From the NCBI GenBank assembly GCA_040216915.1, contig JAVJOD010000001.1:42787-106786 (forward strand): a stretch of 64,000 bases of DNA, in the 5' to 3' direction. A program made the position numbers and the translations under genes. Source of the DNA: Cyclobacteriaceae bacterium (GTDB lineage: Bacteria > Bacteroidota > Bacteroidia > Cytophagales > Cyclobacteriaceae). The notes beneath the pieces are model-generated. The model searched no databases, had not been told where the DNA came from, and saw nothing but the letters and a program-made list of their open reading frames with translations. This document shows, one piece after another, positions 46,882 to 55,551 of this stretch. The first letter of the stretch is position 1. Each line of letters begins with the position of its first letter.

Positions 46882-47964
46882 TTAAGTGAAGCACACCGCC
46901 TGAACAGCCGCTAGATTCTGACTAATAGGCTCCCATGATTCGCCATAGTCAGTTGACAGGTAAAGGTTGCCATTGTTTGTACCAAACACAAGGACACTAC
47001 CCTTTTTAGAAAATGCCTGTCGCAGCACAATATCAAAAGCATTTTTTGCAGGTAGCCCTGAGCTCGTTGATCGCCAACTGGCTCCAGCGTCCGAGGTCCT
47101 ATAGACTTCAAGCCTCAGGTTTGCTGGAATTCTTGCTGTATCGCTCTTCGCTGGAATCACCCAAGCAGTATTTGGGTCTTCCTCATCTATCGCCAACGCA
47201 AATCCGTAGTAGGGAAATCCATCTTCACCGCTTACCTCACTCCACATTTTTCCACCATCACTTGACCTATAAATGCCACAATGGTTTTGTTGCCAGATTA
47301 CATCAGGATGTGCCGGACAAATCAACAACTGATGGGGATCATGACCGATAGTAGATTTGGAGTTTGGAAGATAGGTAGCTTTTAATCCTGCGTTTCTAGG
47401 CTCCCAATTCTTGCCGGAATCCATCGTTTCAAACACACCCGCACAACTTACGCCTACATACAGGTGATCGCTATTGCGTGGATCTATTGCAATGGTATGT
47501 AAAAATGGAAAGTCCTTACCTGTGCCAAACCACTGCTGATCATCCATGCGACTGGCATGATTCCATAGTCCATCGTTCAAAGTGATCGTTTGACCATTAT
47601 CTGCGCTAAAAAAAAGTGCGCCCGGCTCTGTGCCCATCCAGAAGCAGTTAGGCTTATCGACTCCCGCATGTTGCATCACCCATATCTTTCTCAGCAGTGC
47701 TGGCTTGCCGGGTCTGTATTCTGAGTTTCCGTAGGAAGGAACCTTTAACTCCTGCCAGCTCATACCAAAATCACTGGATTGGTGAAGTTTTTCGCCCCAG
47801 TGCTTATGTGAGATCCCAACCCACCATGTACCATCCCTCGGATCTGAGTAGACAAAGGAGATGGGGAAGCCTGCAAAGTGTATATCAGAAATAAGATAGC
47901 TGTTATCCCTAGCCGTGAGAACGATCAACCCTTTTGATGTGGCAACGAGAATCTGAGGTTTCAT
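46882..47964 (-). CDS. cytoplasmic Asp-box (BNR) beta-propeller protein
   Basis: Six S/T-x-D-x-G-x-x-W boxes (SSDFGMSW, SADNGQTI, TMDSGKNW, SSDGGKMW, TSDAGASW, STDYGESW) and no signal peptide. Start placed at ATG 47964 (MKPQILVATS), 7 nt after the upstream stop. Confidence 0.75.
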   Translation of the reverse strand: MKPQILVATSKGLIVLTARDNSYLISDIHFAGFPISFVYSDPRDGTWWVGISHKHWGEKLHQSSDFGMSWQELKVPSYGNSEYRPGKPALLRKIWVMQHAGVDKPNCFWMGTEPGALFFSADNGQTITLNDGLWNHASRMDDQQWFGTGKDFPFLHTIAIDPRNSDHLYVGVSCAGVFETMDSGKNWEPRNAGLKATYLPNSKSTIGHDPHQLLICPAHPDVIWQQNHCGIYRSSDGGKMWSEVSGEDGFPYYGFALAIDEEDPNTAWVIPAKSDTARIPANLRLEVYRTSDAGASWRSTSSGLPAKNAFDIVLRQAFSKKGSVLVFGTNNGNLYLSTDYGESWEPISQNLAAVQAVCFT

Positions 47965-47971
47965 CTGACGC

Positions 47972-48244
47972 TTAACCCCCTGATAATGCTTGTATGACAA
48001 GAATTTTGTGATCGCCATTAACTTTGTCTGACAATCCCTGGCGATCCTTAATCAATTTACCCTGAACAAATACATTTACGTGTTTGCGCAATTCTCCATT
48101 TTCTTCTCTTAGGTAGTTAGATATGCCTGGAAATTGCATTTCCACATTACTTAGCACTTCGTGGACATTGGATCCATTAACCTCTATATCCTTTAAGTCA
48201 GGAAAAAAACTATTAAGAGCAGTAGTAAATCTTACCTTCGCCAT
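47972..48244 (-). CDS. MoaD/ThiS-like ubiquitin-fold protein ending in Gly-Gly
   Basis: 90 aa with beta-grasp-like length and pattern (V.F...L......K.IEV.G.....VL.......P......V.VFV.G). The C-terminus ..VIQALSGG is followed by the stop. Confidence 0.7.
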   Translation of the reverse strand: MAKVRFTTALNSFFPDLKDIEVNGSNVHEVLSNVEMQFPGISNYLREENGELRKHVNVFVQGKLIKDRQGLSDKVNGDHKILVIQALSGG

Positions 48245-48361
48245 ATATTGTTTGACTAACGTGAGGTGATAGCATTTAGATTCACAAGTGGCTTTATACC
48301 TTCACCAATCTCACCTGCATCATACAAGCTAAATCAAATTTAGTATTTTAGGATTAAAATC

Positions 48362-49384
48362 ATGAAAGAGCATATATCCACTTTAGAGCAATGGCAAGAA
48401 GCAGGCAGAAGTTTTAAAATTGCGCGTGTCATTCAAACCTGGGGATCTTCGCCAAGGCCAGTGGGCTCAAGCATGCTGATTGCGGACAATTTAGAAATGA
48501 TTGGCTCGGTTAGCGGTGGTTGCGTAGAAGGAGCCGTATTGAAGGAAGCACAAAGCCTTGAAGCGGGAATCGGCAAAATACTGGACTACGGAGTAAGTGA
48601 TGACGAAGCCTGGGCGGTGGGCCTCACCTGCGGTGGAAAACTAAAAGTTTATCTCCAATCATGGGACTCGCCAGAAGCAAAAGAATTGGGTAAAAAGCTT
48701 TCGTCCCTTCTAGAGAAGAATCAAGCATGTGCGCTGATAAGCAAGTTGGCGGACACAAGCCAGAGTCTAAACGCTTTGATGGCTGCAGATGGCACCCTGG
48801 TTTCAGGAGAGGTTCCTCCCGCTGTCATCGATGAAGCTAAGAGAATCCTGGAAATGAGGAAAAATGAAATGGTGAGTATCCAAGGTAATGATTACTTCAT
48901 TCATACATTTCCAAGTCGGAGTAGATTGATCATCATTGGTGCTGCTCACATTACAGTTGAGCTTGTGATGCTCGCCCAGCAATTTGAATTTGAGACCTTT
49001 GTCATTGACCCCAGGGGCACTTTTGTCGACAAAACTATTTTCCATGAGAAGCCAGACCACCTTATAGAAAAATACCCTTCAGAAGTCTTACATCAACTGG
49101 CCATGGACACCAATTGCTATACAGTCATTCTTTCACACGATCCCAAGATAGATGACGATGCATTGAAAATCATTTTAAAAACTTCGGTCGCCTACGTTGG
49201 TGCGCTGGGCAGCAGAAAAAATCACGAGAAAAGGGTAGCCAGGTTACGTGAGTATGGTATTGACGAAAGTCAGATTTCACAAATTGATGCACCAATCGGA
49301 GTGGATATCAATGCGAAGGGCGCGAAAGAAATTGCCCTGAGTATCATGGCTGCTATAATCAAGGCAAAGAATAAGTTTCTTTGA
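48362..49384 (+). CDS. XdhC/CoxI-family accessory protein (orphan; no xdhAB/cox genes in window)
   Basis: N-terminal XdhC_CoxI motif (GSSPRPVGS.M......G..GS.SGGC.E) and a C-terminal Rossmann-like part (LIIIGAAHI...). Confidence 0.83.
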   Translation: MKEHISTLEQWQEAGRSFKIARVIQTWGSSPRPVGSSMLIADNLEMIGSVSGGCVEGAVLKEAQSLEAGIGKILDYGVSDDEAWAVGLTCGGKLKVYLQSWDSPEAKELGKKLSSLLEKNQACALISKLADTSQSLNALMAADGTLVSGEVPPAVIDEAKRILEMRKNEMVSIQGNDYFIHTFPSRSRLIIIGAAHITVELVMLAQQFEFETFVIDPRGTFVDKTIFHEKPDHLIEKYPSEVLHQLAMDTNCYTVILSHDPKIDDDALKIILKTSVAYVGALGSRKNHEKRVARLREYGIDESQISQIDAPIGVDINAKGAKEIALSIMAAIIKAKNKFL

Positions 49385-49819
49385 TCACCGTGCTTCCACC
49401 ACCCTTAGGAAAGTTCGAATTTCCTGCCAGGGCAAGGCTGCACAGTCAAATCGCTGTGGGAATTCCCAAATTGCACTAAAGGCTTCAAAATCTTCACTAA
49501 TAGCAGACACCGCCTTATCCTTCTCCTCCAAGTAGTTAATAAAGTTTTCACATATCCCAATTGCCTCTTTGAGCGACTTACCTTCCAGTAGCTTCACAAG
49601 AATAGAGGATGAGGCTTTTGACACCGCACATCCAATACCATAAAAGGAAATCGTCCCAAGTCGCTCCTTGTCACACGACACAAAGAATTCAAACTTATCG
49701 CCACAAATTGAATTGTTCGCAGTAACTACCTCTCTTCCTTCCCTTTTTTCAAAATTGATGGGCGCAGCATTGTGCTGTCTTATGATTGGATGGTATAACT
49801 TTTGAAGCCTGTCACTCAT
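49385..49819 (-). CDS. sufU: SufU/IscU-like Fe-S cluster scaffold / sulfur acceptor
   Basis: 144 aa with conserved ligands in NSICGDKFEFF, GIGCAVSKASSS and RFDCAALPW. Overlaps sufS by 4 nt. Confidence 0.8.
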   Translation of the reverse strand: MSDRLQKLYHPIIRQHNAAPINFEKREGREVVTANNSICGDKFEFFVSCDKERLGTISFYGIGCAVSKASSSILVKLLEGKSLKEAIGICENFINYLEEKDKAVSAISEDFEAFSAIWEFPQRFDCAALPWQEIRTFLRVVEAR

Positions 49820-51024
49820 TTCCAGAACTTAACAAGGTGATGCAATTCCTTTAATACTTTTTCAACTTCATCCTCTGAATTGTATATCGAGAATGAGATC
49901 CTAACCGTGGCCTGTACACCCATGGCATGAAGCAGTGGTTGCGCGCAATGATGACCAGCCCTTACCGCAATATTTTTCTCTGCAAGAAATGTCGCTACAT
50001 CGTGGGGATGCACCCCGTCCACCGAGAAGGATACGATACCGCTACGATCCTGCGCCTCTCCAATTATTCGAAGTCCTTCAATCTCCTTTGATCCATCGCG
50101 AAAGTACTCTGCCAATCTTTTCTCATACTGGTGAGAATCATTCAAATCAAGCTCGTTTATAAAATCAATTGCTGCACCAAGGCCGAGAACTCCCGCTACG
50201 TCCACTGTCCCTGCTTCCACTACCTGAGGAAACTCAAGCAATTGGGTATCCTCAAAAGTTACATCTCTGACAATTCCACCCCCAAAATTTCCAGGCTCAA
50301 TGTCTGCTGTATAATTCGGATCTGAATATAGGACACCTACACCCATGGGACCAAACATCTTATGTGCCGAAAAGGCTACGAAGTCTGCATCCAAGTCGGA
50401 GACCTTAAAAGGCAGATGTCCTACACTTTGAGCGGCATCCAAAAGCACGGGAATATTTCTCAAATGGGCCGCCTTGACAATTGATTGAATTGGATTGATG
50501 GTTCCCAGCGTGTTAGAGACATGAGTAATGGCCAGCAGCTTGGTGCTGCCTTCAAAAATTTCCTCTAAGCCATCAAGGATCAATTCACCTTTGGATGAGA
50601 CAGGGATAACTGCAAGCTCCGCGCCACGTGCTTTGCACAATTGCTGCCATGGAATGAGGTTGGAATGATGTTCCATCGCTGAGATCACTACTTTGTCCCC
50701 CTTTCCCAACTTCCTCTTCAAATATCCCTGCGCAATCAAGTTGATTGAATCTGTAGTGCCTTTTGTGAATGCAATTGATAGCGGATCTTCTGCCCCAATC
50801 AAATTAGCAACCTTTAACCGTACCTCCTCAAAGTTGGCAGTGGCCCGCGATGACAAATCGTACAGCCCGCGATGAATGTTGGCATTCTCAGAAGAATAGA
50901 ACTCCGCAAGTCTATCAATTACAGCCTGAGGTTTCTGGGTGGTGGCGGCATTGTCGAGATAAATCAAGTCTCGATGGCGATCAAAAATTGGAAATTGAGC
51001 CCTGATTGATTCTAAGCCGGTCAT
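49816..51024 (-). CDS. sufS: cysteine desulfurase (SufS/CsdA class)
   Basis: 402 aa with HHSN, SAHKMFGPMGVGVLY (PLP Lys) and RAGHHCAQPL (catalytic Cys). Confidence 0.9.
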   Translation of the reverse strand: MTGLESIRAQFPIFDRHRDLIYLDNAATTQKPQAVIDRLAEFYSSENANIHRGLYDLSSRATANFEEVRLKVANLIGAEDPLSIAFTKGTTDSINLIAQGYLKRKLGKGDKVVISAMEHHSNLIPWQQLCKARGAELAVIPVSSKGELILDGLEEIFEGSTKLLAITHVSNTLGTINPIQSIVKAAHLRNIPVLLDAAQSVGHLPFKVSDLDADFVAFSAHKMFGPMGVGVLYSDPNYTADIEPGNFGGGIVRDVTFEDTQLLEFPQVVEAGTVDVAGVLGLGAAIDFINELDLNDSHQYEKRLAEYFRDGSKEIEGLRIIGEAQDRSGIVSFSVDGVHPHDVATFLAEKNIAVRAGHHCAQPLLHAMGVQATVRISFSIYNSEDEVEKVLKELHHLVKFWK

Positions 51025-51148
51025 TATTCAAAAATAACGTATTGCACAATGGAATTGCTCACCGAAAATAGATGAAACCTAAACAAAAAAGCAGGCGGCA
51101 ATCCCAGTGATATTCAATTAATAAACTTGCTCCTAACAAAGATGTCAG

Positions 51149-51775
51149 GTGTATGATTACATTCGCACCAATTTCTTAGGTCTTACAGCATTAAAATGGG
51201 CGCTGCTCGTTGGACTAGGACTTGGACTCCAGCAAATATTCCAGGATTTGGTATCTGGCATTTTTATTCTAATTGAAGGAACGATTCAAAGAGACGATGT
51301 AATTGAGATAGATGGACTCATCGGAAAAATCCTTGAGATCAACTTAAGGACCTCCACTGTGCTCACGCGGGATGGCATTATGCTAATTGTCCCAAATCAC
51401 AAGTTTATAGTCGATAACATCATCAACTGGAGCCATAGCGCAACGCCCACCCGCTTTAAGGTGAGTGTTGGCGTAGCCTATGGAAGCGATGTGGAGAAAG
51501 TAAAAGAGATTCTTATGGAGTGCACCTTGCAGCATGAGAAAGTACTCAAAGACAAAAATACAGACAAGTATCCCTTTGTTCGTTTTGTAGACTTTGGAGA
51601 CAGTGCGCTTCTATTCGAAGCATTCTTTTGGAGCAACGATGTGTTTCCAATCGAAAACACAAAGAGTGATATCAGGTATTTGGTCGATAAGCGATTTAGG
51701 GAAGAAGGCGTAACTATTCCGTTCCCGCAACGCGACCTACATATCAAAAGTCAAATTAAAATAGAAAAGTCCTAA
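51149..51775 (+). CDS. MscS-family channel homolog lacking the N-terminal TM1/TM2 region (possibly truncated)
   Basis: 208 aa with a GTG start. Begins essentially at the pore helix (LGLGLQQIFQDLVSGIFILIEG) followed by the beta and alpha/beta domains. An in-frame stop lies 15 nt upstream, and only 124 nt separate it from sufS. Confidence 0.65.
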   Translation: MYDYIRTNFLGLTALKWALLVGLGLGLQQIFQDLVSGIFILIEGTIQRDDVIEIDGLIGKILEINLRTSTVLTRDGIMLIVPNHKFIVDNIINWSHSATPTRFKVSVGVAYGSDVEKVKEILMECTLQHEKVLKDKNTDKYPFVRFVDFGDSALLFEAFFWSNDVFPIENTKSDIRYLVDKRFREEGVTIPFPQRDLHIKSQIKIEKS

Positions 51776-52470
51776 GCAGAATACTTGCAAGAAAGAATCA
51801 GTGCCTCTAAAAATTTCCTGATACCCTTCTCATCTTTGCTTTCGCCAAAATCAGTGAGAGATGGTAAGTGCTTCATAAAGTAGTATTGGTAATGGGACAT
51901 TTCTACAATTGTACTACTCAGCGATCGAGCAAATTTGTATTTCGGATGATATTCAAGAATGACATTGGCCACCTGCCCGCAGAAATCCTTGTAAGGCTTG
52001 AAGAACTTCTTTTGATTGTCTTCATACACGTGATGAGTCAGGTAAGCCTTTGATGCCTCCTTGATTACCACCCGATGAAGTGCCTTCTTGTCTAGCCCTC
52101 GGGAGTCGCTCTTAGCAATATTTTCCGGCTGCACCAGCAAATCTATGATGATGTCAATCTTTCTCAACGGGTCAGTCACATTTTGAAGACTAAACACCAA
52201 TTGATACTCCATCCATCTCCAGTACCACTGAAAAAGATACAGAAGCAGCCTGTGCTTGTTTTCAAAATACCTGTAGATACTCGACTCATTGGTACGGATG
52301 GCTGTGGCCAATTTTTTGAAGGTGAAATCTTCAAGGCCGAGCTTATCAATCATTTTAACACCCTTTTCTAGTATCTTTTTACCTACTTCGGTATGCTCTG
52401 GGTCTCTTAAAAAAAGCTTCTCATTCACATCAACTTTTATATCCCAGGCTTGTTCAGGAAGGTTAGTCAT
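51772..52470 (-). CDS. TetR/AcrR-family transcriptional regulator
   Basis: N-terminal HTH FTFKKLATAIRTNESSIYRYFENKHRL with a ~170-aa helical ligand domain. Confidence 0.85.
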   Translation of the reverse strand: MTNLPEQAWDIKVDVNEKLFLRDPEHTEVGKKILEKGVKMIDKLGLEDFTFKKLATAIRTNESSIYRYFENKHRLLLYLFQWYWRWMEYQLVFSLQNVTDPLRKIDIIIDLLVQPENIAKSDSRGLDKKALHRVVIKEASKAYLTHHVYEDNQKKFFKPYKDFCGQVANVILEYHPKYKFARSLSSTIVEMSHYQYYFMKHLPSLTDFGESKDEKGIRKFLEALILSCKYSA

Positions 52471-52628
52471 TGTTTAAAAAGTTGAAACACTTTAAAAATA
52501 GTCAATTTTAGCCGCTTTTGACCCTTAGCTGGCGTAGCCAGATACTAATTAATCGTTCACAATCCGTAAACCTTTGTTGACTGATTACGTTTAAAAGTAT
52601 AGCTTTACTACATAGTAGTATTACTTTC

Positions 52629-52922
52629 ATGTTTCGATATTTTTACCATATCTTAATTGTCATTTTGCTCTCTCTGGGCTCGGTGGGTACCTATGCTGAA
52701 AGTGCTAGCCCTACAGCTAACCAAACAACTGAAGAGTCCGCACCAAAATCAGTCGAGGAGTCCGTTTTATGGAAGAATGAAAAAAGGGAATCACAGCGGC
52801 AACCGGACAGCTACCAGAAACAAAACCTTTCACATATCCATGGAGAGATTCAAGAAACACGCACAAGATTCTTTCCTCCTTTTCCCACGCTATTCATAAA
52901 GCACCGGGCACTTTTGCTGTAG
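52629..52922 (+). CDS. hypothetical small secreted protein
   Basis: 97-aa ORF with a signal-like N-terminus (ILIVILLSLGSVGTYAES). Divergent from the TetR gene. No family recognised, and its coding status is uncertain. Confidence 0.35.
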   Translation: MFRYFYHILIVILLSLGSVGTYAESASPTANQTTEESAPKSVEESVLWKNEKRESQRQPDSYQKQNLSHIHGEIQETRTRFFPPFPTLFIKHRALLL

Positions 52923-52955
52923 ACGAGAAATAATCCTGCTGACCGTTCAAGTGAA

Positions 52956-53264
52956 ATGGTCGAGCTTTTTTCGTCCACTTTTAAACAGCATGAAGATGAA
53001 CCATCTACAAAATACTTATTCACAGAGAATAGATTATTTACTTATAGTTACAGTGATCGCCTTTGCAGCTACCTATCTCATCATTCTAAATCGGTATCAA
53101 TAATGTACCTGGATCGAATAGATAGGAATGGAAACGGATTGCCGCTTCAGGTGCTAAGCATTTATACGCTACCGCACCCTATAGACGCAGGTATCTCCTG
53201 GGTACTTATTGCCAGAAGAAACAAAGTCATACTTCTCAAAAAAACTAATGCAAAGAAATCATGA
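52956..53264 (+). CDS. hypothetical protein, translationally coupled to the LRR gene
   Basis: 102-aa ORF whose TGA overlaps the downstream ATG (ATGA at 53261..53264). Confidence 0.45.
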   Translation: MVELFSSTFKQHEDEPSTKYLFTENRLFTYSYSDRLCSYLSHHSKSVSIMYLDRIDRNGNGLPLQVLSIYTLPHPIDAGISWVLIARRNKVILLKKTNAKKS

Positions 53265-54112
53265 AATACATCTTATACATCATATTTATCCTTAGCGCAA
53301 TCCATGTCCCGGTAGTAAAGGGTCAGGTATCAAAAAACTACAAGAACCTTGATGAAGCGCTTCAAACACCAGATAGTGTCCAATGGTTAACGCTCAGACA
53401 GCAAAACCTGAAGGAATTTCCCATCGAGATTCTTTCCTTAAGAAACCTTAAGTATCTGGACATTGCGAACAATGAGATTGAGTGTTTGCCCGAGGAATTA
53501 AGTCAATTGTCGCACCTGTTCTATTTTGACCTTTCTGGGAATAAATTGAGCAAACTCCCTAACAACTTTGAAAGCCTGACATCCCTACGAAACCTCTATC
53601 TCGACTATAACAAGGCGCAGCAGATCGAGCAGGACTTTGAGGTCCTTAGCAAGCTCCCGCTTTTAAAAGTGTTGGATATTCGAGGGGATGGCATCACGCA
53701 GCTTCCTCCTTCCATCGGCAAGCTTAAGAGTCTTGAATACCTGGAGCTTTCTGACAATGAGATAGAAATACTTCCACAGGAGATTAGAAACCTCAAGAAT
53801 CTTCAAGTACTCTATATCAATAATGACAGTCGCTTCAATCTTTCCAAAAACATAGGTTTGCTGAGCACCATTCCAAACCTAAAGGAGCTTCACCTGGAGG
53901 GTGATCACTTTCAAAAAATTCCCGAGGAGATCCGAAATCTCAAATCACTTGAATATCTGTACCTCGGAAATAACGATTTGACAGAGCTTCCTGAAGGCAT
54001 CAAAGCATTGGAAAAACTAAAGTTTATCGACATCTCCAATAACAGAATGCCTCATATACTTCTTGATCAATATAGAGATGATCTGAGTCCAACTATAAAA
54101 ATTAAATTCTAA
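53261..54112 (+). CDS. leucine-rich repeat (LRR) protein, secreted
   Basis: Signal peptide. About nine 23-residue repeats of the type L..L..L.L..N.L..LP.E/SI..L. Confidence 0.85.
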   Translation: MKYILYIIFILSAIHVPVVKGQVSKNYKNLDEALQTPDSVQWLTLRQQNLKEFPIEILSLRNLKYLDIANNEIECLPEELSQLSHLFYFDLSGNKLSKLPNNFESLTSLRNLYLDYNKAQQIEQDFEVLSKLPLLKVLDIRGDGITQLPPSIGKLKSLEYLELSDNEIEILPQEIRNLKNLQVLYINNDSRFNLSKNIGLLSTIPNLKELHLEGDHFQKIPEEIRNLKSLEYLYLGNNDLTELPEGIKALEKLKFIDISNNRMPHILLDQYRDDLSPTIKIKF

Positions 54113-54116
54113 AAAG

Positions 54117-54299
54117 ATGAAAACTACAATGCTTGAGTACTGTAAGGTGATTCTAGGTAAAGTATGCTTTGATCGCAGGCTTTACAGAAAGGAATTTAGA
54201 AAATCCAGACAATGGCTAACGGAAAGCGAGCGCGAAGAATTAAAGCGCTGGCTAAGAGAAAATAAACTAATGCCAATCTATCATCTGAAGTCATACTAA
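54117..54299 (+). CDS. hypothetical small basic protein
   Basis: 60-aa ORF lying 4 nt after the LRR gene. No family recognised. Confidence 0.4.
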   Translation: MKTTMLEYCKVILGKVCFDRRLYRKEFRKSRQWLTESEREELKRWLRENKLMPIYHLKSY

Positions 54300-54369
54300 G
54301 AGCTACTTTGCATCATGGGAGGGCTAGAAGCGCCATCCCATGATAATTCCATCTTCAACTATCAATTAA

Positions 54370-55302
54370 ATGAATCAATCAACCCTTTGGATCGCCTTTA
54401 ATGTATTTATCCTTGTCATGCTTGTCATTGACCTGGGAGTCTTTCATAGAAAATCTCATGAAGTTGGGGTGAAGGAAGCGTTGACCTGGACAGGCGTTTG
54501 GATCGCCCTTGCGTTTTGCTTCAATGTGTTTGTGTACTACTACTTTGGCGAAAAGCATGCGTTTGAATTTCTGACTGGCTACGTGATCGAAAAATCGCTT
54601 AGTGTGGATAACATTTTTGTGATGGTCCTCATCTTCTCCTACTTTAAGGTACCCAGCAAGTATCAACACAAAGTGCTGTTTTGGGGAATCCTCGGTGCAT
54701 TGGTGATGCGGGTAGCATTTATCATCTCTGGTGTCGAACTGATCCAGCGATTTCATTGGCTTATTTATATATTCGGTGGCTTTCTCATCTTCACCGGTAT
54801 TCGCATCGTTACGTCCGGTGACCTTCAGGTGGAGCCAGACAAAAACCCCCTTGTTAGAATCGCAAAAAAGCTTTTCAGAGTGACACCCAACTTCGAAGGA
54901 GATAAGTTTTTTGTAAGAAAAGAAAATATGCTGTGGGCCACTCCACTCTTCCTAGTAGTACTTGTTGTGGAGTTTACCGACTTAATTTTTGCAGTAGACT
55001 CTATTCCGGCTATTCTGGCGATCACCAATGATTCCTTCATAGTCTATACCTCTAACGTATTTGCCATACTGGGCTTGAGATCCTTGTACTTTGCCTTAGC
55101 CGGCATAGAAAAGTACTTCACCTACCTGAAGTATGGCCTCTCAGTGATTTTGGTCTTTATTGGAGTGAAAATGTGTATCTCCGATTTCTACAAGATTCCT
55201 ATCGAAATATCGCTGGCCTTCATTGTGATGACACTATCGGTGGCGGTGCTGGCATCCATGGTATTGCAGGCACAGGAGAGGAAACATGCGGATGTCAGCT
55301 AG
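54370..55302 (+). CDS. TerC/Alx-family integral membrane protein
   Basis: 310 aa, polytopic, with TerC motifs (EKSLSVDNIFV, VEFTDLIFAVDSIPA). Confidence 0.87.
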   Translation: MNQSTLWIAFNVFILVMLVIDLGVFHRKSHEVGVKEALTWTGVWIALAFCFNVFVYYYFGEKHAFEFLTGYVIEKSLSVDNIFVMVLIFSYFKVPSKYQHKVLFWGILGALVMRVAFIISGVELIQRFHWLIYIFGGFLIFTGIRIVTSGDLQVEPDKNPLVRIAKKLFRVTPNFEGDKFFVRKENMLWATPLFLVVLVVEFTDLIFAVDSIPAILAITNDSFIVYTSNVFAILGLRSLYFALAGIEKYFTYLKYGLSVILVFIGVKMCISDFYKIPIEISLAFIVMTLSVAVLASMVLQAQERKHADVS

Positions 55303-55325
55303 AGCAATCAAAGCACTCCACATAA

Positions 55326-55362
55326 ACAAAGAAGTCCTGGTGATATACCAGGACTTCTTTGT
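55326..55362. terminator. 15-bp perfect hairpin between convergent terC and tRNA-Lys (bidirectional terminator)
   Basis: acaaagaagtcctgg-tgatata-ccaggacttctttgt. Confidence 0.65.
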
Positions 55363-55365
55363 TTG

Positions 55366-55438
55366 TGATCCCGCTGGGGCTCGAACCCAGGACCCTAACA
55401 TTAAAAGTGTTATGCTCTACCAGCTGAGCTACGGAATC
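55366..55438 (-). tRNA. tRNA-Lys (anticodon UUU)
   Basis: The reverse complement folds as GATTCCG-TA-GCTC-AGCTGGTA-GAGC-A-TAACA-CTTTTAA-TGTTA-GGGTC-CTGGG-TTCGAGC-CCCAG-CGGGATC-A. Confidence 0.88.
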
Positions 55439-55551
55439 TTCCCAATTATTGCTCTAATTTCCAGTATCCCTGGACCATCAAGACGATGAGCTTCGGAATA
55501 TTGCCTAAATTTGAGGCTTTTCTTTTATTGAGGCCACAAAGGTAGCATGTT

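Noticed and set aside
48261-48316. AGGTGA ... TCACCT interrupted inverted repeat in the MoaD-like/XdhC divergent region
   Set aside because: It consists of 6-bp arms 41 nt apart and could be chance. I note it only as something to check if the region is studied.
52606-52620. Palindrome TACTAC-ata-GTAGTA in the TetR divergent intergenic region as a candidate operator
   Set aside because: The arms are only 6 bp in an AT-rich region, so chance occurrence is likely. It is not reported as a feature.
54300-54369. Hairpin ATCATGGGA-(15 nt)-TCCCATGAT upstream of terC, considered as a yybP-ykoY (Mn2+) riboswitch
   Set aside because: Only ~70 nt are available and I cannot recognise the conserved four-helix core of that riboswitch. 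There is no downstream U-tract. It may simply be a stem-loop after the small ORF. A cmscan against Rfam RF00080 would settle it.
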